The notes below the pieces were generated by a model. That model was not told the DNA's origin, ran no database searches, and saw nothing but the letters and a program-made list of their open reading frames with translations. The translations under genes were made by a program, and so were the position numbers. 64,000 nt of DNA from the NCBI GenBank assembly GCA_028023455.1, contig JAQFVV010000001.1, positions 496,001-560,000 of the forward strand, read 5' to 3'. Shown piece by piece: positions 49,780-64,000 of the stretch. Every line of letters begins with the position of its first letter. The stretch's first letter is position 1. This DNA is from Epiperipatus broadwayi. Taxonomy: Eukaryota > Animalia > Onychophora.

Positions 49780-51400
49780 CAAACGCTTAGGACATTAGTT
49801 TGAATCTTTTGAAATATTAATAGAGGAACATAATATGCAATAACTTTTGTATGCATAAATATGGTAGGGGAAGTTCCTGATAATTACATTGCAAAAATCT
49901 TTTAGATTGAGATTTAGTTTTGCTGCTATCAACCAAGATTTTAAGATGCAAGTCTGAATTGTTAGATAGTGAAACATTTAAAGTATGTAAAGCTCTATCC
50001 AAAATTTGATAAAAGTAAATTCCTTTATGGTTTTTGAATCTAGCATCAATATGTTGCTCCCAGAATTAGATGTTTTTATTTGAAACATTCTTACTAAATC
50101 TGGATGGTTTTGATTTAAGATAAATATTCATAAAAGGGACAATTATGTAGAAGTACAAAATTTATTTAGCTATATATTTATTTCTATGCCAATAAGATGA
50201 ATTAGTAACCAAAATAGCATTTGGTAAACAATCTAATGCAGCTTGAATTGTATGGACATACTTAGATTATTAGTAGTGAAACTCAAAAGTTATTAAGGAA
50301 CAAAGGACACTTCATTAACAAACTAAATATATCTACTCTGTTTTTTCAACAGCAAAACTAGTTATTGCACTTCATTAACAAACTAAATATATCTACTCTG
50401 TTTTTTCAACAGCAAAACTAGTTATTCCAAATATAAGAACCTCCATTTTGCTATTATTGCTTGGTCTATTCCTGAGTGAATGTTTTAGGATTAAGTATAC
50501 TAGTAATGATTTATGTTAAAACTTAGTACAAAGATATTTAAAATTAATGTACATTATAATTTTAAGTATGGAGAGAGAAATTTTTGAAAAATTATAAATG
50601 TATTTAATATGGTATGTATTATGATCAGAAATTTCTATTTTAAAAAAGCTCATGCATAAACCCATCTTTCTACAGCTATTATAATCCTATAATGATAACT
50701 AAATTAACAAAATCAACAGCTTGAGCTAATAAGTTTACTGAATGTTTAATCAGTTTATAGTTATTCCCTATTTTTGAATTAAATAAGTAAAAAATTTGGA
50801 AATAGGAAAAAAACTGCAAAGTCTCACTTTACACGTTGATGTAAATAACTATAATTGCTTAATAGCTTATTTAAATTTTCATATGCTTTTATAAGAATAT
50901 AACTTTGAAAATAATTTAGCAAATTTTAACTATATGGTTCTAATAAAGAGTAGTCATATCTCGACTGTAAAATTATTGCATAAGATAACTAGGCACTTAA
51001 AAAATTAGATTCTCTAAATTGAAACTCAAATCTTCATGTAGCATTATTTTATCAGAAGTTGCCATACGGTGGAAAAAATCCCTGCAGGATACATTTTTGG
51101 AGTTAATAGCTTTTCCTGTCTTGAGAAGACTCAGTATAGCAATTTCATTCTCATTTAATACAATCTTATTTCATGTCAAAAATTTTAGTTCTTCATTTAT
51201 CCAAATGAATAAAAGAAGAAATATATAACTGGGTCACTGCTTACATTAAAAAATTGATATTGTGGCTCATATAGCACAATTTGTTATGTGCACATATGCA
51301 TTCAAACTATAATACAAATAAACTTCAAAAATTACATCTTGTTTTATGAATATTTAATTAGTGATATTTTAATAGTCTCCATGTTTCATTTATGCATAAA
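49780..51400 (-). mobile_element. Possible hAT-superfamily transposase relic
   Basis: LCYMSHNINFL resembles CxxHxLNL (~51270). VERWVY resembles TRWNS (~50665). NFPYHIYAYKSYCILCSS resembles the dimerisation-domain FPxLxxLAxxYLxIPxSS (~49850). The order is correct but heavily decayed. Confidence 0.35.
50308..50426. repeat. 60-bp near-perfect tandem duplication
   Basis: cacttcattaacaaactaaatatatctactctgttttttcaacagcaaaactagttatt at 50308 and 50368. Confidence 0.95.
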
Positions 51401-52366
51401 GCAGTTACATAATTTTTTTGTAAAGAGCTTTGTATAATCAATAGATTAAACAAATAGTAGTAAAAGATGTAGATTCAATATACTTGGCTGTTTCTAATCT
51501 TCATGTATAATTTTAATTATTCAGTGAAAAGATTTTTTTTCTATTAAATTGGTCGTAAGTTTCTACTTTTATTATTTCTAAACAGCATTGACTATCTACA
51601 CTTTTCAAGTATATAAAAAGAACAATCCAGAAATCACCAAGTAAATGTATCTAAAATCATGTTTAATTATAATGACCAATGTAATTTTAAAATGGACATA
51701 CATGTATGCCTTCAATTACAATTTCTATATGTCTTATCCCAATAAATATTAAATGAGAGTTGATTAAAATTCAGTGCATCCATATACCACTAGACTTTTT
51801 TTCCTTTCATATTGCCAAATTCTTAGAACTTCTTCAATTTTTTTTTCAAATTCTTGTTGACTTTTACAATATTCAACTTTTTCATCTGTTAAAAAATTTA
51901 CCTTTAATATTTTGTAAAACTATTTCAATATTTATAATGTGAATGACTGAATTGATGTGATCAGTCCAGCAAACACCTAGAGTAATTTTCCATTCGCTTT
52001 ATTTAAAGTTAATTTTATTAGTATATAATTCCATATCTTAGTTTGTATACTGTATATATATCAGATTAAAATAAGACTTGCTGTCCCTATTATTGAAGAA
52101 TAAAAATATTGCTATTGTTACTATTGATGAGGCATGAGAGCCTCATGATGACAAACCTTTGCGACTTTAAGTGAGGAAGAAAGTATTTTAAAAAGAGAAA
52201 TGGGAGACTTGAAAATATTTCCTAATCATTTATAAGGCTTACTAAAAGTATATTTTATAAGATTTGCTTTTATTAAAAGAATATAACATTACATAATGTG
52301 TATGATAGCACTACAATTAGGAATGGTGGTGAATCTTTCAGAAAGAAGTATTTGCTGAAGATAAAA

Positions 52367-52443
52367 AGCATTGGTGGTCGCCTGCTTTATAAGCAATTGT
52401 CCCGGGTTCGCTTCCCGGCTGATGCTATGACACATGAGAAAGC
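52367..52443 (+). mobile_element. tRNA-derived short SINE, copy with perfect T-arm
   Basis: CCGGG-ttcgctt-CCCGG at 52402-52418, with the shared 3' end ctgatgctatgacacatgagaaa. Confidence 0.8.
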
Positions 52444-53099
52444 CGCATATAGTAATAATTTTGTTTTGTGGATTAGTTTGTATAATTATAGAATTCAGCC
52501 TTTTGTCATTGTTATTTTTTTTTAAAAAACTTAAAATTGTCATACTTATTTAAGAATAACTCGCCATATATAGAGTCTTAATTTTTGCATAAATTGAATT
52601 TTATGTAAGTTGTAATTTTCATTCAAATGCATAGACTTTAATCTACACATTTAAATTCATAGTAATTATACAACTTGCCAAAAACTTTACAAATTGTGAA
52701 AACTACAAATTAATATATGATGTAAATCTAATACTATCATGAAATTAATATTTAAAAAATGGCAATTTGTTATACACATCTATCTGAAATAAATATTTTA
52801 AATTTTACTTAACATCAAATGTCATATAATGCAATAAATCTGCAAAAATAAGTATAAATATTTCTCTGAAAGTTTGTGATAATAGTATTGCAATTATGTA
52901 TTTGACTATTTTCATTATCTAATATTTTTAAATGTTTTAGAAAAATTCAAGTTTTATTTAAATTTTCCAAATAGATTCAACTTTCAATAATAGCACACAC
53001 TTTAGTATATAACACAATATTTTGAGTGGTTTTATTCTCTTCTTCAAGTGTTTCTGGCTTGACTAATGATAATACTAGCAAGGGGATTAAACCTGAAGC

Positions 53100-56000
53100 C
53101 TTAGATTCATTAATATTTTAATTGGCACTGCTCTAAGTTATTCTGCCAAAGCCAACAATTAGTAGAAGTCTCATACACTTATCTATGAATGTTTCTGATT
53201 TCTTCATTTTTTTTTTTTTAAGAACAAGATTCATAGGTGGTTTCCAAACTATGAATTATCATACTTTGATTTATGGTATTATTTCCCATTATCATATAAA
53301 CTAACTTGTTTAAATTTTCTTGTTTTTCCTCTATGCAATATTTTTGGTTTTTCCCCCATTGAATAGTATATGGTCTGCTACTTGAGATGTATATTTTTTC
53401 ATTTCTAATCATCAGTTTGTGTTCTTTTAATTGTTTTTCAATGAATGAAAATGGTTTCCCCAATATACATTCTATATTCACATGGTATTTTGTAAATGCG
53501 GTTTTTATTTTTCAGCATTTCAAGTTTAGGTTTTGTAGAGATTACAATTCTTCATAGAGTGCTATGACTTTGGAAAGCTATTGTAATGTTATATTGATAC
53601 CAGATTTTCTTCGCGAGGTATATATGTAAATACTACAGTACTTTTAAATGTTTTTTTTTTTGTTGTTATCTATTTAAGGTTTTCTTAATGACAGCTGATC
53701 TATAAATATTCTTCACAAGTTTGTTCTACATAGATCTTTTCATTTACTAAATCACTGATTTCTGAACAAATTTTTGCCCATTCCATGTTAATAGTTTCTG
53801 TCTTGATTGGATGTGTATGCTAAATATCTTTTTGTGTGTGAGTGATTTTCTGTAAACTGTTCTTGCCAGAGGAAATCTTGCTACAAGAACAACTAAAAAT
53901 GCTAACTTTTGTTCTTGTTCTAATTTTATTATGAAATTAATTAAAGAGATATGTTATTGATGTGTGTGCAGAATGCTTGTCCCATGCAACAAATTACCAT
54001 CAACATAGTATAAACAGACTAGACACATATGGAATAGTATTTATGACTGGTTTCAAGTTCTGCTATAAATGCTGCTAATCAAGAGTGACGGCGATGAACC
54101 AATAACCATTCTTTGATTTGATTGGAAGAATTCTATGTTGTATTGAAAGTTATTGTTATGCATAATGTTAAGAATTCATTATACTTTCCTTTGGAAGAAC
54201 TATTCTGGTTTTGTGAGCTATTATCATTTATTGTTTTCCTTACAATAGACAATGCTTCATCACAGAATAAGCTTGCCAATATATCAGCTATTTCATTATT
54301 TATGTTTTTGATTAATTCCATAAAATACTTAGAACATCGACAAGGTGAATTTCTAGAACTGACAATGTCTTGATGGAAAGTGATCCTTGTTGATTCTAGG
54401 TGTCCATAAAGATAGGACATTTTGCTGAAATATAATAGTTTCTATCTATAATCTTATGATAAAAAAAAAAAACATTTCAGTGTTTGTTTAGTATGTTTCC
54501 AATTCTAAATAGACAATAAAGCAGTAAAATACATCTAAAATAAATATTGTGATCTCTCTTTTTTCAATTTAAGAATATCAGAAAATTACAATAGATAGAA
54601 TCTAATAACTATGTCATGCATTTTTTATTGATAAAAAGAATAACCTTTTATGCTTAGACATTTATATAGAAACTCCAATCACAGATTCATGCTGTATGCA
54701 CAGCTGTGGAACATAATTCTTTTGAAAGATCTAATGAGCTTTGTGCTATTAAAAAAAACACTGAAGATGAAATTTAGAGAGTTCTTTCAGCTGGAATATT
54801 TGGAACTTAATGCATCTTGGAGAAAACATACCATTTTGAGTGATTAGTTAATTCTGTTTACAACTGATTCTCATTAGCTAAATAACTATTGAATGAATAT
54901 AGTAGTTTCGAGATAGATGGTCAATCCTAAAAGAATATGAAGTGTTTAGTTCTTTTTCATATGAATTGACAATTTTTCAAACTGATAATATATGTCCTTT
55001 CAATTCCTATTCTTTTCTAATGCTCTCATGTCTTGTAAGTGCATATTGCCAAAAATTTGCCTTGTCCTCTGAATACACATTATTGAATGGACAGAGGAAG
55101 GGATTTTAGATATCTTAATTCTTTCAATCATATTATTTAGAAAGTATGAATTTTCATAAACAAGTAATTAATTGTTTTTAATAAAGAATTTCCATATAAT
55201 GTTTACTTAGATATTTGCCAATTTTAATTAATGCATATATAATGATAACTGCTTGATTTCTAATCTTTAAGCTTTTCATTAACTAGTGTTTTATCTTAGT
55301 TATATTTAGATGATGCTCAAAAAATATTCTCTAAAGTCATATCAAAAAAAAAATTCCCGTAATATGATGCATATTTAATATTTTACAATAGGTCTGCTGT
55401 AATGCAATGATGTCAGAAGAAATTGGAAAATCGTCATCACTGATACACATATCCAAAAATATTGATTATTCCACTCATTGATGGTATAGTATCAGTTGTT
55501 ATCACTGCAACTCTAAACTGGAATTTTCTCCTCTGTATATTTTTTGAAAATATAGTAAACATTTTCACTTCATGCTTTTTCTTTAAAGGTAATATTGTTA
55601 ATAATTCTTTCACATTCATATCCTTAAATACCAAACATTCTTATAAAAGTACCAAGCTGAGGAATATCAAGTATGACTGGAGATTCTCAAACTGCAGAAA
55701 AACATGTAATTAATCATCTCTTTGGTTATTTTTTAACCAGATCAAAATTTATAATTTCTGTATATGTTTTTTGAAAAATAATGAATCTAGCTTATAGAAA
55801 TGTTTCTTTTATCATTTCTCCATCTGCTAATTATTTTTGTGTTTTTAACACATAACTTATATGAAAGGATACAACTCTTGCAAATATGAGTTTAATAAAA
55901 TAATACTGCAGACTGGTTAATTGTTACTTAAATTTATATGCACAATTCACTTTTAATTAGAAAACTTTATCAAAACTTGTATGAGTGGTTTTAAAATGTC

Positions 56001-57100
56001 TTTCAAAATTTCCTTTTTTACATTTTGCATTCATAATGATGATAAAAAACACAGTTTATCGACTTTGTGATCAACTAATTGTGACCAATGTTTCTGGTTA
56101 TATATTTGCATTGTGCAGTGAATGTATTCAAGCCAATGAATTTGTTACCAATATACTCATCATCGTGCATTTCAAACAAAAGCAAGTATGGTATCTGACA
56201 TCCATTGGCAATTGTTCCACTATGCATGGTCACCTTGATTATGAAGATCCAATTCTCATTTGTAATAACCATATGTATGCTAAAAATGTAGTTTTTTTAT
56301 GTATAATATCTAATCTAGTGTAATTTACCATTATTTTTTCTTAATTCAAACAGTCACTTCAAAATTTCTTTGTGATCCAACAGTTGACCACAACTACATC
56401 TTTCCCCTCCCTGATCTAGATTATCTTTTGTTTTCATTAAAAATTCAGAAATTTGTTACCATTCGCTTTTCCTTGATGAATATTTATAATTTTAAAGTAT
56501 GGACCAAATCTTTTTGAAACTGGTGTTAATTCCATGCAAATGATCTACATTCAAAAATGGCATTCTGTTTATTTAAATTTGTCATTTTTTAATTAGGTAA
56601 TTGTATATTATCCATCCTTTTTATTAAATGATTATAAATTTTTAATGCCTTTAATTACAGTGCTGTTTGATGGAATCTATTTTTTATTGCTGACAACCAG
56701 CAGTGTGTGGTCATATTTGTAGATTCTCTAAATAGTTACAACTCTCATGTTTCTTTCTTATTTTGATCCAGATTATTAATCCATGATCCCAAATTTGATC
56801 CTTTGATTTGAAAACCTTATTTTAAAACTTTTTTCTTATTATTTGTATAAAGCATAATGGTTGGAATTTAACCCACAATTTAAAATGAAAATAATCTAAG
56901 AAATGTAGTCTAGTTATAATTTTAAAAAGATATTTATATATTATAGTCATATAATTTTGCAATTGATGACTTTTTTTACTAGTACTTTCACAGGTAAATG
57001 ATGTGAACATATATTTCAAATTCTTCAATACATAAATGTTTTCGTTGTTAATATTAATTTTATGCCAATGTTTCACTTGAATTCAACCAGCTATTGTCTG
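53100..57100 (-). mobile_element. Old near-full-length RTE-like LINE relic (EN + RT)
   Basis: EN-like TMHSGTIANGCQIPYLL...NIGHN (~56230-56080). RT-like RNSPCRCSKYFMELIKNINNEIADILASLF and ITITFNTT (54350-54135). LGKPFSFIEKQLKEHKLMIRNEK (~53450). Many stops. Confidence 0.55.
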
Positions 57101-58003
57101 CTTTATAGAAGTTATTCATATTCAAGAATGTTGATTTCCAGATATGTCTTTGCTATTTGAACAATTGAATCTAGTTAAATTATCAGCAACAAGCAAGTGG
57201 ATAAATCCTAAATATATATTCACATCTTATATATATATAATCTTATATATATAATAAAGAAATAAAAATATAAATATTATACTACTAAAAGTACTGACAA
57301 AAAATATAATAAAAAGCAAATCATGAACTGCAGTCTTCACAACCATAATTTTTAATATAAATTTGGAGAAATTAAACTACACTGGGATTTTCTAATAAAA
57401 TTAGCATTCAGAAATTTTTTGTAATACCTGGAAACACATATATAATATCATACAATTCTTTAAATAATTAAATATTATAGTAAATGACATAACTCCTGCT
57501 TAACATTTGGTAATATGGATAAAGACAACTTAATAGGGAAGTGAACCGCTTTCGATTATACATATTGTCAAATGCTAAGTGATAGTATATTCATTTACTA
57601 TAACAGCATTTATTATTTAAACAATTGTATGAACATTATATATATATTCACATTGTGATTCCTTATATTTATATATATATATATATAAGCTAGTTGTGAT
57701 TGTGCAATTCAAAGTTATAATTTTTATTATCAAATAAACATTACTAAATATTGGAAAAACATAATCATAAATAAGGAATTTCCAATAAAATTAACATAAT
57801 ATTATAATGTATTTTTTATGTCAAAAATACTGCTCTATGAAAATATTTTCAAAGCATATTAAAGCAAACCATGCTACAATTTATTAACCATATTAGAACA
57901 AAACCACTATAAATGATGTGCTGATTTGGATAATTAAAGAACTGGCTGTACTTGGATAAGAAATTTAATTATTATTTATCATTAGAAAACTTATTTATGC
58001 TAT

Positions 58004-58420
58004 GGTATTCCAGGTATAATATACTACTGTGATGATATCCTCAGCTCAGATGAAACAGCAATTTCAAATTTATTAATTGGGGTGAAACAAAAGAGATTGA
58101 GCCAAACTAAATAGTGAAAATTTATATTGTGTATTGGTAAATAAAAGTTTTAGGCTATTTGATTTTTGAAACTAATATGCAGAGTCTACAGACAAACTTA
58201 CAGGTACAAAAAAAAGCTTCTTGCTTATTTAATATAAAGGAAGAAGTCATTATCTAAAAAGCTTACATTGTGACTTCACTTTTCCAACTGCTTCAAAAGG
58301 CAGATGATGGTTTAGGGAAATGTGGAAGCAATATGTTATTAAAAAGTCAAAGAAGCATTGTTAATGGATTATTAATTAATTGATTATAATTCAGACCACT
58401 CTTTACAAATGACAACTAAT
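58004..58420 (+). mobile_element. Ty3/Gypsy RT-connection fragment
   Basis: GIPGIIYYCDDIL (YxDD at 58025-58036), KVLGYLI, KVKEALL...YNSDHSL. Confidence 0.55.
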
Positions 58421-61400
58421 TTTTTTTTATGAAACTTCTGTGAGAAGAAAGTGAATGACCAATATTATTCATTATTTTCCACACAGAAAACTACTGCAAA
58501 TTTCGATAAGTTATCTATCACTCAAGAAACTTGAATCTTGTATACATAGTGTATCAGATTATACATTTTTATTAGCTATATTAACACTTGAACATCTGTT
58601 TCTGAGAACATATAATCAATGTTGAAATCAGCTAATTATATGATTAAAAAAATGTCCCCAAACAAATTTAAAAACATCAATTAAAAAAAACCCAGTTGAC
58701 TGAATTGATAGTTATTACATAAATTAAACATGCAACCAACAAATATGTGAGTGAACTTATTATATTAGAAAATTGGATTTCTAAAATCTCAGTACACAAT
58801 ATTATGAAACTGCTGTACTAAATCTCTTTGAATCAAGATTATATATATTTAATCGTATATTAAGTTTTATTTATTCAATAAATAACATTTTAATGATGTA
58901 AAAAGCTCATTAAATTTTATGATGCAATTCCAAAAATCAATAATATAGCTTGCATATAAAGCCATAGTTCCTAAATTATACTATCACTTAATATATACTC
59001 AATGATTGAACCTGCTGTGATAAAGACATGACAGTGTAATACTACATTAATAAAGTCATTGATATTTTCAATATTTAAATATCTATGATTAATATCAGAT
59101 TTAAATTTGATTACGGGTTAACTTACTATTTTTCTACTGTTGTATGGTCATTGGACAACCATTCAGTGTGATAGTCAAATAAATTTTATCACAATTAATC
59201 ACATGCAAAAGCAAATTGCTCTCAGAGTAAAACAAGCAATATTTTTTATTGCTATAAACAATGGAGGAAATTTGGGTGAATAGAGTGAAAATACCTAAAT
59301 CTTTTCTTTTTTGCATGATGTCAAATGCATATAACTAGCTAACATCTTATTTAAATATTTCTATTTTAATCTAATCTACAAATTGATCTTGTTATCTCAC
59401 CAAATAAAAAAAAAAGAATTGGTAGCAACATTTTTACTAAGATTTGTCTTTAAGCCGAGTGTCTCTTGGAAATTTTTTAAGTCGCAAGCAGGTTTCAATA
59501 TTTTTTTATAGTCATTGTGTATTAGACATTAATTAGGTATCTAATTATAATTATATAGATAATAGAAGTCTTCAGTTAATCTGAGTTAATCCAATGAATA
59601 TCAGTGTTCTGAATAGATAAACATAGAATACTATTTCAATATGCTGTGAACTTTTTCACTTGTGTAACAGGTATTATACTCTTACAAGTGCTGAGCAAAT
59701 GGTTTTGCCTTTAAATACTATTTCATATTTAAAAGTCTATAACCAGAAAGTACTTTTTTTTATAAATTTTAGGATGAAGTTAGTTTTTGATCCAGAAATG
59801 TCATCTTTATCACTTGAAAGACGATCTTTTAAATAAATAGCTTTTATATATATATATATGTAAAAAACTAACCAAAGGAAATACATATAAAAACAAAAAA
59901 ACTTATAAATCCAAGAAATAATATTATATTTCAACCAGAGGACTGGTTTTTAACTTTTAATGTATATTTCATGACTAAGATTTTGAATGAATGCGCATTC
60001 ATAAAAACACAAATGTGTTAATGTTACATTTTTATCTGACTATATCTTAACTTAATTCCTGTGTGATTTAATGTAATGTAAAGTGACGACTTCTGAAGGT
60101 CAAAATACATGAATTGTGATTTTGTTCCATCACTTCCAATGCTCAGACTTCTTACAAATTTCCAATCAATAAATAATTTGCGCTAATTGCTCAAGCATAA
60201 AGTAAATTCCTGATTTTACTTATAAATAATGAAATTAAGCAGAAAGTCACGTGAAACATTCTTTGGCATACAATAATTATACATATCATCACAAAAGTAA
60301 AAATAATCTTTCTTACCTTTAATTTGGAAAAACTTACTTTAAGTCTTTATAAATTTAAACTCTCATATGCATTATTTTATCAAAAGTATAATAATATCGC
60401 ATTCATTTTGTAATAAGCCATGAATGTATTAAAAAGATATCTACATAGTTAATTATATAAAGCTCTTTTCTACTCTTGTTGGACATCTGCATTATAATAT
60501 TTTTATGAATAATCAAAAAAATAATTACTTTCAAAAATGTAAACTTTTAAATATATAAATACATATATAGTATAATTTTTGTTGGTGAAGTGTAATGACT
60601 GGAGCTCTTACTTATCTTAGACAAACAACATTTGCTATGGTGTATACAAATTAGTTTTAAATACTTTTCAGAAACCCATAATGCTTTGTATTTGGCAAAA
60701 TTATAATTTAGAGTATTTTAATCCTAAATTTATCTAAGTGAATAGAACCAGAAAGTAAATTCCTGATAATGAAGATACAGCAAGTAGATAAAAATAAGTA
60801 AAAAGACTCAATGTTTTATACTTACATAACAAGAATTTATTTTCCCTAAAACTAAGGGTGAAAAATATATTAATCCTAAGCATCTGAATGCTACATTGAA
60901 GTGTAATATAATTAACCTATGAGTAATTTTGTTAAGGAAGCATCAGGAAATGACACTTCCAATAATACTGATATGTCTATTTAAGTTTAACTTTTACCTT
61001 ATCTAAGAATGACAGAATTATATAAACAAGCATTCTAAGCAACTAGCTTCAAAATTTTAAGATGTAATTAAATGAAGAAATCCTAATTACATTTGATAAT
61101 AGAAATACAGATATCATTTAAATTTTTGCTATTTCGGGTAGGATGAAAAGCCTAAATTACGTGACTTGCAATTGGTAAATCAGAAATATAAACTGTTGCA
61201 ACACTAAGATTAAATGATATGTACTTTCTGACTGTATCATATGGAGCAATATAGCAGTTTTTTGGGTTTAGTGAAATGCTCGCATACTTATGATCTGAGA
61301 TTCGTAATCACATAATATTGTTATCAAATGTGTGTGTATTGCTAAAAAAAAAAGAACCTAATCAAGAAAGTATTGGCAAAGAACAAATGGAGTACAATGA

Positions 61401-62644
61401 TGATAGAGATTTTAATGCTATTTGATAAAGTTTGTAGTTACTATCAAAATATTGCTTTTAGAAAATTGTAAGATTTTGCACTGATCTGTCAATTTTTTGC
61501 CAATATTGATGAACAAATTGCAATCATATAATGTGAATTAGAAAGATAGAAATAAATAGTTAACTTTAATGTAAGTATATGTAAGCTAGCTAGGATTTAA
61601 CTTAGCATGATTAGTATTACTATCTCTTGTGCAAAGTAAAATATTTTGAGTAATAAAATATACTATTAATTTGTTTTTAACTATATGTACAGAAGTGCTC
61701 ATTCTGTTATTATTTAATTAAGTTTATGCTCTATGCTACTTAGCACAATTGTAGAACATCAGACTTCTGAAATGATTCACGGGTAAGTAATTAAAAAAAA
61801 AAATTCAGTTCAATCAACTGAATGAATCTCATACAAAATCTAATTCAAGGATGCTTGAACATCATATGACTTCCTAAACAAGATTTATTTATATGAAATC
61901 ATAATTTTATAATTTTACATCGATCCTATAATGTTGAAGCTAGAGACATGCCAACTATTATTAAGTTTTAAATTTATTATAAACTATTATTGTTAGAAAT
62001 TAAATCTTTTGCATTTTGTGTGTGTGCGATTATTGGTAAAGTAATGAATGAGATTTAATTTATAAAAAATTGAATGAGATAATATAATCCACAATTATTA
62101 TGGTGCAGTTATTACCTGGTTTTGTTCAATAATGTTAATGTACACTGAACTAAAGCTGGACTGATTTATGATTGATGATGATCACTAACAACTTTAATCT
62201 AACATGATATCAAAATTATTTCTATGTTTATAAACTAAGTTGTTCTTCTAGACCAGAGCTATACAACCCACATGTGGACAAAGTGAAAGTTTGGGTGGCC
62301 CACCTAGAGATTTTTATTTTTTCCAAGTGAAAAAAAATAATTTTAAATAAATGCTTAATACATATTTTAATTCTATTGCAGATCAATAATTTTTGATGTT
62401 GCTATTATTATCTGTTTTTCAAATGTAAGATGTGTTAAGGAAGCAGCCTTGCCATCTTTTGATCCAATGTGCATACTCCGAGCATTCATAGTAAATTGGC
62501 ATGCAATTAATGTGAATTAGTTTTGTTTGGTTATAGTTCATCTGTTATGATGCAGTGTTTGGATTATTTAAGGTTGGATAGAGAAAAATATATTCATACG
62601 TAAACCTACAATAACAATATTTAAAACAAGGCTGGAATTTACTA

Positions 62645-63030
62645 AATTCCATCTAGCTATAAAATAATTAAACAAACCCATTAATCTATGTCAGCAAACT
62701 AAAGAAGCATATTGAAATTTCAGAATGGAATTAATATTAATGCAAAGTGTAAATGTGGCACTATTAATTATGATATACATAATTAGACTGTCTAATTAGG
62801 AATGACTTCATAATTAACTTAATTAGACAAACTAATTAGGTATAATCTCATAATTAATAGTGCCACATTCCTTTCATTAATAGTTATTTCATTCTGAAAT
62901 TCCAACATGTTTAGCAAACATAGCTTCATTTACATCAAAACAGTATAAGAATAGATAAATCCTCTCTGTTCTTTAATTTGCTAATAAAGTGTGGTGAATT
63001 TGTTTAATTGCTTTGCAGATAGCTGGAGCT
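62645..63030. repeat. Decayed foldback (nested inverted repeats)
   Basis: Perfect 22-bp aatgtggcactattaattatga (62752-62773) / tcataattaatagtgccacatt (62848-62869). Outer arms 62708-62727/62890-62909 and ~62649-62706/62975-63027. Confidence 0.8.
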
Positions 63031-63064
63031 TAATCTACTGTAGCTCTATTTTCATATACATTTA

Positions 63065-63167
63065 ATGATATAACGAGCATGCTAATAGCTCTAAACAAGC
63101 TTTCAATTACATTTGTAAATATAAGCTAATTAAGTCACGTGATATATGAATTGGTTTTCTTACATTT
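63065..63167. repeat. Diverged fragments of the 377-bp unit from 862-1680, in both orientations
   Basis: gagcatgctaatagctctaaacaagcttt resembles 934-964. atttgtaaatataagct-aattaagtcacgtga resembles 1303-1338. Confidence 0.6.
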
Positions 63168-64000
63168 AATGATGTACAAATTTAATATTTAGTACTAATG
63201 ACAATATTTATAAAATTAAATTCATTTTTGGAGAAAACTTTCTAATTAAACTTGTCAGCAACTTCTCCGTGGAACTCAAAGACTACTTGAATATTCAGAT
63301 GAAATTCTCTTAACCAGAAGAGACTGATAATTTGCTCAACTGAAGCTGAATAAAATTAAACTAATCTATAGTTTTAAAAACATAGTAGCATCCTCTTGAC
63401 ATCTATTTCCATTAAAAATATAAAACAAAAGATAATGAATTTTTAATAAAAAAAATTTGAGCAAAGAAAAAGTACAAACTAAAGACCCATATTCTGTGGT
63501 ACAGTTATTCATACCATATAGGTTGTCGACTGAAGTATTTTCAAGCAAAAAAGTAATAGGATTAATAAATGCCATGAATATTTAGTATAATATACTATTT
63601 GGTATCTTCATGCATGTACAAACAGATTCATTAAAATTCAAAAGGAACATTTGAATGAAGATATCCCATACTATAGCAGAGATAATAAAGTGGCATTCAT
63701 AGTAATTCTTAAAGATTGCCTCTTCTTAAAGAGTTTGTAATTTAGCATATGTTGTCCCCTCCCCCCATCTCCAGTATAAAATAATATTTAAAAATTTTAA
63801 AATTTTATGGTAAATCAATATTGTTGTAGACTTCATGTCACTAAAATTTGGGAAGATAATCATTTTTACTAAATGCAAATTCACATATCTAAAAAAAAAA
63901 AAAAAAAAAAAAGACAACAGCATCTTATTTATTAAAGTCAGATAATCTAGCAAAATCTGAATTTTGATAAATCCTTCAGCCTTCCAGAAAGATGTGGTCA

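Noticed and set aside
57225-57265. Helitron-like 5' end (tcttatatatataataaag, duplicated)
   Set aside because: Indistinguishable from an (AT)n microsatellite, and no 3' hairpin-CTRR end was found.
60700-61450. Possible further RTE C-terminal relic (TVSYGA, FAISG)
   Set aside because: Too few and too weak motif matches to support a call.
1771-63953. Most 60-130-aa ORFs in the supplied track
   Set aside because: They are Phe/Ile/Leu/Lys-rich chance ORFs of AT-rich DNA or antisense shadows of TE coding regions, with no domains.

Overview
Very AT-rich animal genomic DNA, most likely an arthropod; a chelicerate is plausible from the gene sequences and CpG depletion, but that is inference. Only two host genes are recognisable, arranged head-to-head: SAP30 coding exon 1 (minus, 45172-45336) and a three-coding-exon HMGB/DSP1-type gene (plus, 47919-48737, 223 aa). 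They are separated by a CpG-retaining promoter region. Most of the rest is transposon debris. It includes a structurally full-length but inactivated L1/Tx1-like LINE (about 27422-32772) sitting in an (AAT)n microsatellite, a decayed Ty3/Gypsy body (12.1-16.9 kb), a Penelope-like RT+GIY-YIG relic (19.4-20.6 kb), several RTE-clade relics (one young, with a 10-bp TSD), two related LTR+leader fragments, three copies of a ~90-bp tRNA-derived SINE, and hAT/Gypsy fragments. The most unusual object is at 862-1680: two head-to-head, circularly permuted, slightly-more-than-unit-length copies of a ~377-bp repeat. Each copy carries a type I hammerhead-ribozyme-like fold, as expected of a retrozyme or Penelope pLTR-like element copied from a circular RNA. 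All calls were made by eye and no database searches were run.
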